Under the pieces are notes generated by a model. That model saw only the letters and a list, made by a program, of their open reading frames with translations, made no database searches and was not told the DNA's origin. Made by a program: the position numbers and the translations under genes. This document shows positions 36,101 through 44,930 of a stretch of DNA of 52,566 nucleotides, in pieces. Origin of the DNA: Patescibacteria group bacterium (GTDB lineage: Bacteria; Patescibacteriota; Minisyncoccia; UBA6257; 02-FULL-45-10c); the NCBI GenBank assembly GCA_018969615.1, contig JAGWYA010000001.1, positions 1 through 52,566 on the forward strand, written 5' to 3'. Within the stretch, counting starts at the first letter, position 1; each line of letters begins with the position of its first letter.

Positions 36101-38970
36101 CGTTATGGAAAATGGGCATTTCGGGAGTGCGCCCGATCATCCTGCTCTCGGTGGGCGGGGTGACCGATCTTCCTATGGTCCGTCAGCTGCTGGGATGCCA
36201 TGCGTATTTTGCGAAAAAAGGCATCCCGGTCGATATCGTGATCTTCAATACGCATGCGGGCGGCTATTTGAAAACATTTGAAGACGAGATCGAATTTCTT
36301 TTGAACGCGCAGACGCCGCCCGATCCGGCGACCGCAACGAGCAAGGTCTATCATGCCCGTGCCGAACAGCTTCGCGAAGATGAACGCACTGCGCTATTAA
36401 GCGCGGCGGCGATCCGCATCGATGCGAAAAAAGGATTTTTGACCGATGTGGTCGCTCAATTGCAGCGGGAGCACAACAAGGCGATCCCGCCTCAGCGCTT
36501 TGAGCCGCAGCGGGTTTCTTCGGGGAGCGTCTACGAGCCGATCATGCGCACTGATGTTTCAGCGCTTCAGTCGTTCAATGGGATCGGCGGTTATGATCCA
36601 AAGACCCGTGAATATGTGATCGAGCATACCCGCAAAGTACGCCCTCCACGCCCGTGGTCCAATATCATTTCGAATGACCGGATCGGGTTCATCGCGACCG
36701 ATCGCGGCATGTCATTTACCTGGGCGCGGAACAGCCACGACAATAAACTGACCGTTGCTTATAATGATCCGCTTTCCGAATCAAGCGCTGAAGCCTTTTA
36801 TGTGCGCGATGATGCATCGGGAGCATCGGCAAGCCTTACGCCGCTGTTCGGCCCTTCGAATGCGGAATACGAGGTGCGTTTCGGTGAGCAGACCTGCGCC
36901 TATCGGACGAGAGCGCTGGGGATCGATATGGAATTGACGATGTATCTTGATCCGGCCGAGGCCGTGAAATATTATCGCATCGCTTTCACGAATACCGGCG
37001 GCGTTGAAAAGCGCTTGTCCGTGTTCGGATATTTCGAGCTTTTATTGGGAAGTATGCCGAATGAAACGAAGAAACTTTTCTCGCTGACGGCGCATGCCGG
37101 AAAATCGATCGCCGCCGTCCAGAACTATCGCCATACATTCCTTGAAAGCCGGGCGGTTGCCGGAATTGTCGGCGGAGCCGATGTGATCAGCGGCAGCAGG
37201 GAGGAGTTCTTGGGCCGGTTCGGTGACGGGAGCGCCCCCGCTGCGTTAGCGAAAGCAACTCTGAGCGATGCGATCGATACCGGCGATGAGGCTGCCGCCT
37301 CATTCCAAAAGAAGCTCGTGATCCCGGCGGGCGGATCGGCGGTTACTACATTCTTCCTCGGGGAAACGACCGAACCGAATATCGATCATTTTATCCGTTC
37401 CGTTGCCGATGTTTTCGCAGCGGACCGTGCGCTTCGGGATGTCCGAACCGTTCCGGTTGCCCTGGCGCTTCCGGCGTTCGATCTGCCTGATAAGACATTG
37501 ACGACGCTTATGAACCGTTTTCTGCCGCATCAGACCGTTATGTCGCGTATCCATGCGCGGCTCGGATTCTCTCAGATCGGCGGTGCGTTCGGATTCCGCG
37601 ATCAGTTACAGGATGCGCTGGCGGCGCTTTGGTATGATCCGCAGTGGGCGCGGGAGCATATCCTCGCCTGTGCCGCCCATCAGTTCAGGGAGGGCGATGT
37701 CTTATCGTGGTGGATGCCGTATAACAATTTTGGAGCCCGTACGCTTCTGTCCGATCCGCAGTTGTGGCTTCCGTATGTGGCCCTGTCCTATGTCTCGTTT
37801 ACCGGCGACCAGGCGATCCTTGATGAGGTCGTTCCGTATTTGGTCGGCGAGATCCCCGACTGGGAAGAAAGACCGAGCGTCACGAATGTGTTCGAAATAA
37901 GTTCTGAAAAAAGTTCGCTCTATGAGCATCTGATCCGCGCGGTTGAACACTCGCTAACCGCCGGTTCCCATGGATTGCCGCTGATGGGAACGGCCGATTG
38001 GAATGACTCCATGAATCGGGTAGGCAGCGAAGGCGCCGGTGAAAGCGTCTGGCTTGCATGGCTTACTGTCGCCGTATTGGATACCATGAGCAAAGTAACC
38101 GACGAACGAAAGGATCCCGACCGCGCTGCCCGATACCGGTCCCACGCTGAACAGTATCGCGCTGCGCTCGAGCAGGCGGGATGGGATGGCCGCTGGTACC
38201 GGCGTGCTTTTACCGATACCGGCGCGCTGGTCGGCAGCAATGGTTCGCGGGCATTCCGCCTTGATTCGATCGCGCAATCATGGGCGTATTTCACGAACGG
38301 AGCTTCCGATAAAACAAAAGAAGCGCTCCGGTCAGCGAAAGAAGTGCTTGGGATCTATGAAGGCCAGGTGCCTTTGGGCTGGCCGCCGTTATCACGAACC
38401 ACGCTTGATCTGGGAACGATCTCCGATTATCCGCCGGGTGTCCGCGAGAATGCATCGCAGTATGATCATGCGGCGTTATGGCTTGCGCAGGCGCTGTTTG
38501 CGGTGGGCGATCCGGACGCCGGAAAACTGATCCTTGATGCGGTGAATCCTTTCCTTCGCAGTGAAACGCGCGAGAAAGCACTGGTCTATCAGGGAGAACC
38601 GTATGCGGTCGCTGCGGAGATCTATTCATCGCCGACCTATCCGGGCAGAGCGGGATGGACCTGGTATACCGCTTCGGCGGGTGCGTTCTATCGGACCGTG
38701 ATCGAGTATCTTTTGGGTATGATGCGAAGCGGCCAGGCGCTCTCATTCTCGCCGTCGTTTCCTTCCGATTGGCGTTCGGCGCATGTCATGCTTCCGTTCG
38801 GATCGGCCCGGTATTCCATCGAGTACTCAGTGGAGGGCGGAAGCGTTTCATCGGTGGAAGTCCATTGTGATAAAGTTCTTTGCTCGGACGGCGTGGTAAC
38901 GCTCGTCGATGATGCACAAGAGCATACGGTTCAGGTGAAGATCACGCACGCCTCGCAGGGAAAGAAGTGA
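30187..38970 (+). CDS. ndvB: Cyclic beta-1,2-glucan synthase (Cgs/NdvB/ChvB; GT84 plus GH94 phosphorylase)
   Basis: GWERKRGKL, SHDLLEG, RWIRGDWQ, SPTNLG, GFRDQLQD, DWND, GVREN, WTWYT; ~2,930 aa with central TM block. Confidence 0.9.
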   Translation: MAASDPDHIIAPHTPEHLGKELAASVKLSFNERQAAAFMKKTRETFVRTRKVYRSLARNIDARTQYNQGLEVLLDNFYIVDAAITQLASRWKEKESLRVPQIVDADGKTQLRVYMIARALVKQTNGAVGREAILSFLKAYQRTAPLSIRELDIFPDMLRFALTESIARFIETNLATLQEMKEADRWYDQIVKAGRRKNAFVHLKKITSRLAAQYSIIPQSFGLHLLHRLSQTGKEGGIRIVSKWLKLSISKHGVSHAQLASMNSRTEREQMAIIASAISSLRYLGQVRWDRVSLELNMIDAVLAKDPAGAFLPLTEETRSFYRRTIVRIADRTGTHDIEVAREAVRLARHAADTVAGNSPRTGHVGYYLIDTGIADLEAALSYEPTPLERLRAFILRHGTRVYFSFIGIAMLFSLGALLEASDTLRLSPAPFIAMLIAGLLLSSEVATALAHFIFTRVLKPRPLPALDLRRGVGEERRTIVVVPSMFRGGGFAEKITRRLETNFIGNNDPNIFYALLMDFRDADSADMPDDEDRVRELEEEIAALNKRYPSVPQRFSLFYRSRKWNAAEGCFMGWERKRGKLREFNALLRGKTTTYSGDAAARARAYGNVPYILTLDEDTELVRDSGKMLIGTIDHPLNRPVIDPVRAVVTEGYGIVQPRSALRFRDGNASVFSRLFGNFPGVDTYSLLISDLHQDLFGEGIFHGKGVYNIDAIEATMGDRIPENTVLSHDLLEGLYARVGIASDARIFEGFPANYREYMQRSHRWIRGDWQIISWLFGSRGSVFSPIGRYRIFDNLRRSVLPIAAVGGIIGAAWTAAYVSTWSILIFLALGSGQLISSFLTITERTINWQSSMSAFARFESMVSGFVIALIKTAFLGIFLLNYAVIAFDAIVRSMYRLFVSKRRLLEWQTAYEALAQRKNSLLGFVRFMWRSLFFTAAFFFIEVHVSALSDPAALAWVAAWLAAPFFAVLISAEPRQKDPLSKRERLYLRKIAARTHWFFTDLVTEQDHWLVPDHLQEDPPSKQHSHGPGMSPTNLGMYLLGMSCGRELGFLSLEEYRDRIERAFTSLEKLELYRGHFFNWYELKELTPLAPKYVSSVDSANLALSLLSVHAALKSSTAAPVIDTETFEGFRAQLMVLRDGCDTALAGPLDRNERPLIEEIKAASGESLSLIGRAFTEEITPRGSDFIWSGVVHRSIQIRNALETLRLEGKSERFEEIFLAVRHMEVIAVAHRDTLAHYVGYAMVPVVSSVVSNSRLHSLYLKLAAFLQKVPTIDALTDGRVRREIEALGMDEAIALSELPPPEKEHARAWYAEVLERLALAEHNARETAYSLHTSAEKAAAYAYRMDFRFLYNKERGLFHIGYNHTTGRLDEAFYDLFASEANSASIVSIAKNDVSEKHWGYLGRTVVKSSAGEAVVASWAGSLFEYLGTLIYFDVPAESFWGTSARHAIAAHQWFARRYRIPWGMGESASSRQDAEQNYHYQAFGEPSLGYKRDLSESIVVAPYTSALALSFVPRAALMNFKHLERAGGFGRYGFYDAIDFTFAEHPANREGGGRPARVYYAHHQGFILSSITNVLRDNWVRKMIARDPSMDVASQLFEEKMPENIPLERISVVVPRVTKTAEAPPVVEARRQYLPWHTKETASIFISSDKYRSRITSAGAGESCFDDVYITRPSRDMLRESTGTFFYLYDKAKNRIWSPTFMPTKDPGEKLSVSAGEQLMVFDRHADPVTSSLVATPLPRENGELRELTVLNTGDSDRTLTFGVCAELSLSRISDGAANENYERLFVSTETQWDGQAIIASRPDPHDRSRTIVAGFLLASDAKISDLRTIREKEVFYGSPRRIAAPPVLADLSRADHAFPVHTLDSVAAFAGSVRLRPHESRRITLVSAAGYSKEQVLATLRRYRDQKSIRRVIENADQEGSRFLSDLGIVSQQGSVYGTLASLAIARMLHNRDLSPAGKPTRPWVSPLWKMGISGVRPIILLSVGGVTDLPMVRQLLGCHAYFAKKGIPVDIVIFNTHAGGYLKTFEDEIEFLLNAQTPPDPATATSKVYHARAEQLREDERTALLSAAAIRIDAKKGFLTDVVAQLQREHNKAIPPQRFEPQRVSSGSVYEPIMRTDVSALQSFNGIGGYDPKTREYVIEHTRKVRPPRPWSNIISNDRIGFIATDRGMSFTWARNSHDNKLTVAYNDPLSESSAEAFYVRDDASGASASLTPLFGPSNAEYEVRFGEQTCAYRTRALGIDMELTMYLDPAEAVKYYRIAFTNTGGVEKRLSVFGYFELLLGSMPNETKKLFSLTAHAGKSIAAVQNYRHTFLESRAVAGIVGGADVISGSREEFLGRFGDGSAPAALAKATLSDAIDTGDEAAASFQKKLVIPAGGSAVTTFFLGETTEPNIDHFIRSVADVFAADRALRDVRTVPVALALPAFDLPDKTLTTLMNRFLPHQTVMSRIHARLGFSQIGGAFGFRDQLQDALAALWYDPQWAREHILACAAHQFREGDVLSWWMPYNNFGARTLLSDPQLWLPYVALSYVSFTGDQAILDEVVPYLVGEIPDWEERPSVTNVFEISSEKSSLYEHLIRAVEHSLTAGSHGLPLMGTADWNDSMNRVGSEGAGESVWLAWLTVAVLDTMSKVTDERKDPDRAARYRSHAEQYRAALEQAGWDGRWYRRAFTDTGALVGSNGSRAFRLDSIAQSWAYFTNGASDKTKEALRSAKEVLGIYEGQVPLGWPPLSRTTLDLGTISDYPPGVRENASQYDHAALWLAQALFAVGDPDAGKLILDAVNPFLRSETREKALVYQGEPYAVAAEIYSSPTYPGRAGWTWYTASAGAFYRTVIEYLLGMMRSGQALSFSPSFPSDWRSAHVMLPFGSARYSIEYSVEGGSVSSVEVHCDKVLCSDGVVTLVDDAQEHTVQVKITHASQGKK

Positions 38971-38977
38971 CGGCCGG

Positions 38978-39142
38978 TCAGCTGCTGATCCGATAGGCGA
39001 TCCAAATGCCTGCGACGCCGCCGACGCCCGAAAAGAAGATCGCGGAAAAAGAAAGCAGGTCTCCGCCCCACAGAAGCGGAAGATATCCGCCGATCGTCGC
39101 GCCGATCACCATCCCTCCCCAAATGATCGTTTTGCGTTCCAT
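38978..39142 (-). CDS. 54-aa Gly-rich 2-TM small protein (MERKTIIWGGMVIGATIGGYLPLLWG...)
   Basis: Not in the ORF track; TGGTATACT 6 nt upstream of the ATG. Confidence 0.75.
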   Translation of the reverse strand: MERKTIIWGGMVIGATIGGYLPLLWGGDLLSFSAIFFSGVGGVAGIWIAYRISS

Positions 39143-39217
39143 GCACCCAGTATACCATGCGCGGAATACCGGCCGTTCATTTTTTGAACGATCCGTTTTT
39201 GGGCGTATACTTACGGT

Positions 39218-40138
39218 ATGAAACGATCGGTATTCTTTTTTCTTATTGCCGCGGTCATGAGCGCGGGATATTTTGCATGGCTCTTTTTCTCTGCGCCCCG
39301 CATTTCCGTAACGGTTCCGATCGCCAGTGTTTCATATGTATGCGACGCCGGAAAAACGATCCAGGCGGATTATTATACGGGGGTTTCCCGGTCAGGCGCT
39401 CCCGGACAGCCTCCGGTCCCCGGCGGCAGCGTTCATATCGTTTTAAGCGACGGACGGGATCTGATACTGCCGCAGACGCTCTCCGCATCGGGCATCCGTT
39501 ATTCCGACGGCGATCCGTCGGTGCCGGGAAACGAATCGATCGTTTTCTGGTCAAAAGGGAATACCGCGTTCGTTTTGGAACACAATAGCGATATGACCTA
39601 TCGGGGATGTATTAAAGTCGTTCCTGACACGGGAGGAACGCCGCAGACCTATGAAAGCGGCTCGAATGGTTTTTCGATCAGGTATCCTGCGGGCTATACG
39701 GCCGATCAGACGTATGTGTATACGGAACTGGGCCCGAATACTTCGATCGCCGGCGTGAAGTTTACGATCCCTTCCGCTCTTGCCTCCGGAACGAACTTAA
39801 GTTCCGGATCATATATCTCAGTGGAAGAGATCCCGAATACGCACGAGTGTACCGCCGGTCTTTTTCTTCCGCCGGGCGTGAGATCGGGCGCTCCGCTCAC
39901 GATAACCGATCAGGGGACGACCTATTCGGTCGCCAGTTCGACGGATGCGGCGGTGGGAAACCGCTATGAAGAGGATGTGTATGCGATCCCGGGAACGGAT
40001 CCCTGCATCGCTGTCCGCTATTTCATTCATTGGAGCGTCCTTGAGAACTATCCGCAGGGGAGCGTCAATTCTTTCGATCGCGACTCGCTTCTTGCGCAAT
40101 TTGATGCGGTCCGCCGGACGCTGACGCTGGGGCAGTGA
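39218..40138 (+). CDS. MliC/PliC lysozyme-inhibitor-domain protein with extra C-terminal domain
   Basis: Y.C..GK, LPQTLSASGIRY, FWSKG..A, second Cys. Confidence 0.75.
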   Translation: MKRSVFFFLIAAVMSAGYFAWLFFSAPRISVTVPIASVSYVCDAGKTIQADYYTGVSRSGAPGQPPVPGGSVHIVLSDGRDLILPQTLSASGIRYSDGDPSVPGNESIVFWSKGNTAFVLEHNSDMTYRGCIKVVPDTGGTPQTYESGSNGFSIRYPAGYTADQTYVYTELGPNTSIAGVKFTIPSALASGTNLSSGSYISVEEIPNTHECTAGLFLPPGVRSGAPLTITDQGTTYSVASSTDAAVGNRYEEDVYAIPGTDPCIAVRYFIHWSVLENYPQGSVNSFDRDSLLAQFDAVRRTLTLGQ

Positions 40139-40180
40139 GCTTTTTGCGCGCTCAGGGAAGGAGGACTATACTGGATACAT

Positions 40181-40735
40181 ATGTCCCGGAAATTCCTCAT
40201 ACGCTCCGCCGGCACGCTTCTTTTGATCGGAGCGGGGACGGTCCTTATTTTTGTGTTCCGCGCTTCAGCGCCATCCCGTTTCGCACCTGATTATCGCAAT
40301 GGAACGTATTATATCAATGACCAGGCAGTGACGCTGGTCAACGGAGTCTCCGCGGTTCCTGCGGCTCCGGGATCCGCGGCTCAGATCGTGACGCGGTACT
40401 TTGGCAACGGGGTCTCCGCCGATCTCAACGGCGACGGGCGTCCTGATGCCGCTTTCCTGATTACACAGGATACCGGCGGAAGCGGTACGTTCTATTATAT
40501 CGTTGCAGCGCTCAATACGCCGCAGGGCTATGAGGGATCCCGCGCTTTTTTCTTAGGAGATCGTATCGCTCCGCAACCGACCACGGTCACTGCGGACGGC
40601 ACTATCATTGTGAACTATGCCGACCGGGCGCCGGGAGAAAGCTTTGCGGTAGCGCCGTCAGTGGGGACGAGCATCTATCTCCGGTTCGATCCCTCCTCTC
40701 TTTCATTTGAAGAAATAACGCCCGCTCATTCCTGA
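40181..40735 (+). CDS. Membrane-anchored hypothetical protein
   Basis: TM, DLNGDGRPD, GGSGTFYY, LGDRI. Confidence 0.75.
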   Translation: MSRKFLIRSAGTLLLIGAGTVLIFVFRASAPSRFAPDYRNGTYYINDQAVTLVNGVSAVPAAPGSAAQIVTRYFGNGVSADLNGDGRPDAAFLITQDTGGSGTFYYIVAALNTPQGYEGSRAFFLGDRIAPQPTTVTADGTIIVNYADRAPGESFAVAPSVGTSIYLRFDPSSLSFEEITPAHS

Positions 40736-40751
40736 TCTTACTTTTATTTTT

Positions 40752-41009
40752 ATGCGATCACTTCGTACGATCTTACTTTCACTTTTCCTTATTTCTCTCG
40801 CCGGTCTGGCGTTCTCGGGCGTGCTGAGCTATCAGGAGCTCTGGGGCGGAACCGGGATCAGTTGTCCTGCGCCGGGGGCACCGGGAACGGTCGGGGGGTA
40901 TCCCGCATGCGTCTATGGATTTTTTATGTACCTTCTGCTTGCGTTGATCGCGGGGCGGGGAGTAATGCTCTCCCGCCGCTGGTCAGAAAAAGGCGAACCA
41001 CTTCCATGA
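40752..41009 (+). CDS. Small 2-TM protein resembling the N-terminal half of VKOR
   Basis: TM-loop(C..GYPACVYG)-TM; ATGA-coupled to the amidase. Confidence 0.6.
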   Translation: MRSLRTILLSLFLISLAGLAFSGVLSYQELWGGTGISCPAPGAPGTVGGYPACVYGFFMYLLLALIAGRGVMLSRRWSEKGEPLP

Positions 41010-42280
41010 GACGTTTCATTTTCAGTGCGCTGATCATAGCCATGATCGGCGGCGCGGGGTGGTATGGAGCCATGCTGCTTCAGACCACGTCATCCCTGAA
41101 CCTTGCCGCAACCGCGTCGACGGCAGCTTCCTCGACGCAAACCACTACGGTTTCTGAGGCTCCCGCTCCAGCGCCGGATCCTTCTCTTACCTTTGGTTCG
41201 CCTCAGGCTCCGGTGTTCACGCAGAAACCGCGCATTCTTATCATTCCCGGCCATGAGCCTGATTACGGCGGCGCACAGTTCGGCTCGCTCAATGAACGGG
41301 ATATGACGGCGGAATTAGGGGTTGATCTTCAGCAATTCTTGGACCAGGACCCGAACTATCAGGCGTTCATTACGCGAAGCGACACGGCATGGAACCCGAC
41401 GTTCGCGAATTATTTTACAACGGACTGGAATGCGATCGTCGCCTGGGAAGCGGCCGCCCGGAAGAACGGCACCATGCTTGCTGCGCTGAAAGATTCACCG
41501 ACACCGGCCATACAGCATAATGCCGCCGAAGCCGATGTGGCGCTCCGCTTGTACGGAGTTACAAAATGGGCGGACGAGAACAATATCGATCTGATGATCC
41601 ATATCCATTTCAATGACTATCCGGGTCATCCTGACGGCGTTCCCGGAGAGTATTCCGGTGTCGTGATCTACACTCCGGCTGCCCAATATGACAACAGTTC
41701 AAGCACTCAGCCGATCGCCCAGGCAATGCTCCGCCGGCTTGCTCTTTATAATCCCATTGATGATCTGCCGATCGAATCCACGGGGATCGTTCAGGATCCG
41801 GAGCTTATTGCCATCGGCGCGAACAATACCGCCAAACCCGCCAGCATGCTCATTGAATATAATTATATTTATGAGCCCCAGTTCGTGAATTCCGCGGTCC
41901 GCTCCGTTGCATTGAAAGACCTCGCCTATCAGACCTATCTGGGATTGCAGGATTTCTATACGAACGCGCAAAATGTATCCGCGCTCACGAACTATTTTCC
42001 TGCGAACGTCTACCGCTGGACGACGCCGGTCAGCGATAACTCGGGTGACCCGAACGATGTCTACGCATTGCAAACCGCTTTGATCATGGACGGCGATTTT
42101 CCGCCTGCGCCCTTAACCGGGTACGATTGCCCGCACAGCGGCTTCTTCGGTACATGCACGCAAAACGCGGTTCAGGCGCTTCAGGCGAAATACGGGATCA
42201 CCGGCGAGGACGCTTCAGGACCGCACACATTCGCATTGCTCCAAAAGATCTATAATGGAGAAATGACCCCGCGGTCATAA
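41006..42280 (+). CDS. N-acetylmuramoyl-L-alanine amidase (Amidase_3) with C-terminal peptidoglycan-binding domain
   Basis: PGH..E, ITR, IHIHFN, LIE; DV.ALQ..L..G.FG..T..AV..LQ. Confidence 0.85.
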   Translation: MRRFIFSALIIAMIGGAGWYGAMLLQTTSSLNLAATASTAASSTQTTTVSEAPAPAPDPSLTFGSPQAPVFTQKPRILIIPGHEPDYGGAQFGSLNERDMTAELGVDLQQFLDQDPNYQAFITRSDTAWNPTFANYFTTDWNAIVAWEAAARKNGTMLAALKDSPTPAIQHNAAEADVALRLYGVTKWADENNIDLMIHIHFNDYPGHPDGVPGEYSGVVIYTPAAQYDNSSSTQPIAQAMLRRLALYNPIDDLPIESTGIVQDPELIAIGANNTAKPASMLIEYNYIYEPQFVNSAVRSVALKDLAYQTYLGLQDFYTNAQNVSALTNYFPANVYRWTTPVSDNSGDPNDVYALQTALIMDGDFPPAPLTGYDCPHSGFFGTCTQNAVQALQAKYGITGEDASGPHTFALLQKIYNGEMTPRS

Positions 42281-42297
42281 ATTAAAATATCATTTGT

Positions 42298-42999
42298 ATG
42301 GAAATTAAAGACAAGGTGATCGTTATTACGGGAGCATCACAGGGGATCGGCCGTGCGGCAGCGCTTCAGCTTGCCGAACAAGGCGCCCGGTTAGTTCTTG
42401 CCGCGCGTTCAGCGGATGCCTTGACCGAGCTTGCGAAGTCATTGCCGGATGCCATTGCGGTTCCGACGGATATGATCGATCCCGCTGCGATCCGCCGCCT
42501 CATTGAGAAAGCCGTGGAGCAGTATGGAAAGATCGACATTCTTATTAATAATGCAGGGAAGGGGATGTACGGCTCCTTGGAATCGATCCAACCGGACCAG
42601 TATCGGGAGATCATGGATCTGAATGTCTTTGGCCCCTTGATCGCCATGCAGGAAGTCATCCCGCATATGCGCGCAGCCGGCGGCGGGATGATCATCAATG
42701 TCAGCTCCCGTGTTTCCAAGAACTTCTTTCCGAACCTTTCGGCGTACGCCTCGACCAAATATGCCCTGAACGCTCTCTCATTGACCGCCCGCGAAGAATT
42801 AAAGCCCGATCATATCGTGGTCAGCGTTCTCCATCCGAAAATGACCGCGACTGATTTTGGGAAGAATGCGTTCCACGCAGAACCGTTCCGCGATGTCCGT
42901 CCCGGCGACCGGGCGCATATGCCGGTTGATACCGCTGAGGATGTCGCGAGAAAGCTCCTTGAGCTCATCCGGTCCGAAGACGCTGAGGCGGAACTGTAA
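42298..42999 (+). CDS. Short-chain dehydrogenase/reductase
   Basis: TGASQGIG, NNAG, YASTK. Confidence 0.93.
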   Translation: MEIKDKVIVITGASQGIGRAAALQLAEQGARLVLAARSADALTELAKSLPDAIAVPTDMIDPAAIRRLIEKAVEQYGKIDILINNAGKGMYGSLESIQPDQYREIMDLNVFGPLIAMQEVIPHMRAAGGGMIINVSSRVSKNFFPNLSAYASTKYALNALSLTAREELKPDHIVVSVLHPKMTATDFGKNAFHAEPFRDVRPGDRAHMPVDTAEDVARKLLELIRSEDAEAEL

Positions 43000-43097
43000 A
43001 AGTTATGCCCCGAAGAGCCGTTTTTCTTGCCGGAGGAAAGGCGTATTATAATGATAAAGGTCCTTTAAGAAGGATATAATAATTAAGGTAATTTCTT

Positions 43098-43403
43098 ATG
43101 AACGTACAAGAATTAAAAAAAGAGCTTGCCAAAGGCGAGCAGGTTGAGCTGATCGATGTTCGGGAAAAGGATGAGTTCGCGCAGGGCGACAAGATCCCGG
43201 GATCGAAGAACGTCCCGATGGGTCAGATGTTCGTGGATGCCGCCGGAGGGCGTCTTCCGAAAGACAAGAAGATCGTGACGATCTGCAAATCGGGGAAGCG
43301 GTGCGAGATCGTGGCCAATGAATTGAAGAAGAGCGGATACAACATTGAGCATCTCGAAGGCGGGGTCAATGCGTGGGAAACCGACGGTGCAGCTCACTCT
43401 TAA
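43098..43403 (+). CDS. Rhodanese-like protein
   Basis: IDVRE, CKSGKR, LEGGVNAW. Confidence 0.9.
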   Translation: MNVQELKKELAKGEQVELIDVREKDEFAQGDKIPGSKNVPMGQMFVDAAGGRLPKDKKIVTICKSGKRCEIVANELKKSGYNIEHLEGGVNAWETDGAAHS

Positions 43404-43445
43404 GGATCTTGGCGGCGCGGTACAAGAAATGTCTTGTTCTTATGA

Positions 43446-43919
43446 CTAAGCTTTTTGCCGGCTCAGATACCGGTATTCGTGCCATACCAATACGATAATA
43501 AAGGCATCAAATGCGCTGAGCGCAAGAAGCCCCCAAAGATGCGTAAACGTGTACTGATAGAGCTGGTAGACGATAAAGAGCGCGAGGACGCCGATGGACA
43601 AAGGATATGACCAGAGCCGTTTTGTGAGAAGTCCGGCAACGATCAGGACCTTAATGATCCCATGGCTGAGCAGATAGAGCGCCGCAAAGAGGCGCGTCGA
43701 TGAGGACAGGGTCGGAAGCAGGTGCCGGGCGAAATTGGCGACGAGGTCCTGCGGATCTTCCAGAAGTTCATGCTGCGTGAGAATGAGGATCAGGTGGTTC
43801 GTCGTGCCGTAAAAAACGAACGCAAGCCCGCCGATCAGCTCAAGGACGCCGTCGAGGGCCTTGAGGAGAACGCTGATCTCAAAGATGCGGTAGATGTTTT
43901 TTTCTTTCAGATGAAACAT
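43446..43919 (-). CDS. DUF2127 membrane protein
   Basis: K..DGVLELIGG, ELLEDP.D, YLLSHGIIK, W.EY. Confidence 0.8.
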   Translation of the reverse strand: MFHLKEKNIYRIFEISVLLKALDGVLELIGGLAFVFYGTTNHLILILTQHELLEDPQDLVANFARHLLPTLSSSTRLFAALYLLSHGIIKVLIVAGLLTKRLWSYPLSIGVLALFIVYQLYQYTFTHLWGLLALSAFDAFIIVLVWHEYRYLSRQKA

Positions 43920-43978
43920 AGCTCTTTCGAAGAAATGCTATACTGATGATATAGGCATTATAATTAATATTCATCTTA

Positions 43979-44188
43979 ATGACCATTGAAGGACTTATTT
44001 TTTACCTTTTGCTGCTCGACAGCCTGACCGCGAATGCGGTCGCCTGGTGGGGGGAGCAGTGGTATTCCCGCCATTTCCGCGTCAGTTCGCGGCTTTTCCC
44101 GGTAACGAAGGCATGGGCGCTGTACTATCTGATCCTGGTTTTGTGGGCCGGATCGTTGCTCTATCGCGCCGGGGCATTGGGATTCTAA
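43979..44188 (+). CDS. 69-aa membrane protein
   Basis: Two hydrophobic segments, followed by a terminator. Confidence 0.7.
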   Translation: MTIEGLIFYLLLLDSLTANAVAWWGEQWYSRHFRVSSRLFPVTKAWALYYLILVLWAGSLLYRAGALGF

Positions 44189-44220
44189 TAAAAATATCCG
44201 GCAAGACCGGATATTTTTAT
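44188..44220. terminator. Bidirectional terminator
   Basis: ATAAAAATATCCGG-CAAGA-CCGGATATTTTTAT. Confidence 0.75.
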
Positions 44221-44843
44221 TGCGCTTCTTGCTCTTCTTTTTCTCCCGCTTTTTCTTCGGCTTCTTGCAGCCGCCGGGTGACATATTTCTTGAAGAAGTA
44301 ATAGGCGGTGAAGATCAGGATGCCGCCGCCGACGATGTATTGGATCTTTTCAAGGATCGCTGAAGCGGTGCCGAATGCGCTTCCGAAGAAATAGCCGAGG
44401 AACAAAAGAGTGCCGTAGTGAGTGAGCGCGATCAATGATCCGTACAGAATGAAGGAATTGAACGGCATCTCTACCATGCCTGCGACGACGATCAGTCCCG
44501 CAGCGACGCCATAGGAGAGCTTGCTAAAGAACATCGTTTTGCCGGGATGATGGTTCCACAGCAGGCGGATATCTTCCATTTCAGCATCGGTAATGCCGAG
44601 GCGATGCAGTAATCGGCGAATGAAACTTGTTTTTGCGGTATATTTCCCGGTGACATAACACAGCACATCAACGGTGACATCGCGGAGCAGGAAAAAGACC
44701 AGAAGAATATACACATTAAAATACCCGAGTGACGCAAGGGTTCCCGCAATGAACGCGATGATCGGTCCTTCGACGAACGAAAGCGGCAGAAGGATCCAAT
44801 AGCGGTAGGCGATAATAAGCGTTGAAATTGATCCGAGAGACAT
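44217..44843 (-). CDS. DedA/VTT family membrane protein
   Basis: EGPIIAFIAG, D..Y..G, AGM..MPF..F; start revised to 44843. Confidence 0.85.
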   Translation of the reverse strand: MSLGSISTLIIAYRYWILLPLSFVEGPIIAFIAGTLASLGYFNVYILLVFFLLRDVTVDVLCYVTGKYTAKTSFIRRLLHRLGITDAEMEDIRLLWNHHPGKTMFFSKLSYGVAAGLIVVAGMVEMPFNSFILYGSLIALTHYGTLLFLGYFFGSAFGTASAILEKIQYIVGGGILIFTAYYFFKKYVTRRLQEAEEKAGEKEEQEAQ

Positions 44844-44930
44844 AATTTCAGTATACCATCGTAAAAAGATCCCGTCCCGGAGGTCGGGCATCCGCTCTTC
44901 AAAAATGGCAGTATTTGGTACACTGGATAC

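Noticed and set aside
30456-38870. Many short overlapping and antisense ORFs within the glucan synthase gene (and similar ones across the window)
   Set aside because: Expected shadow ORFs of GC-rich coding DNA, with no motifs or start signals.
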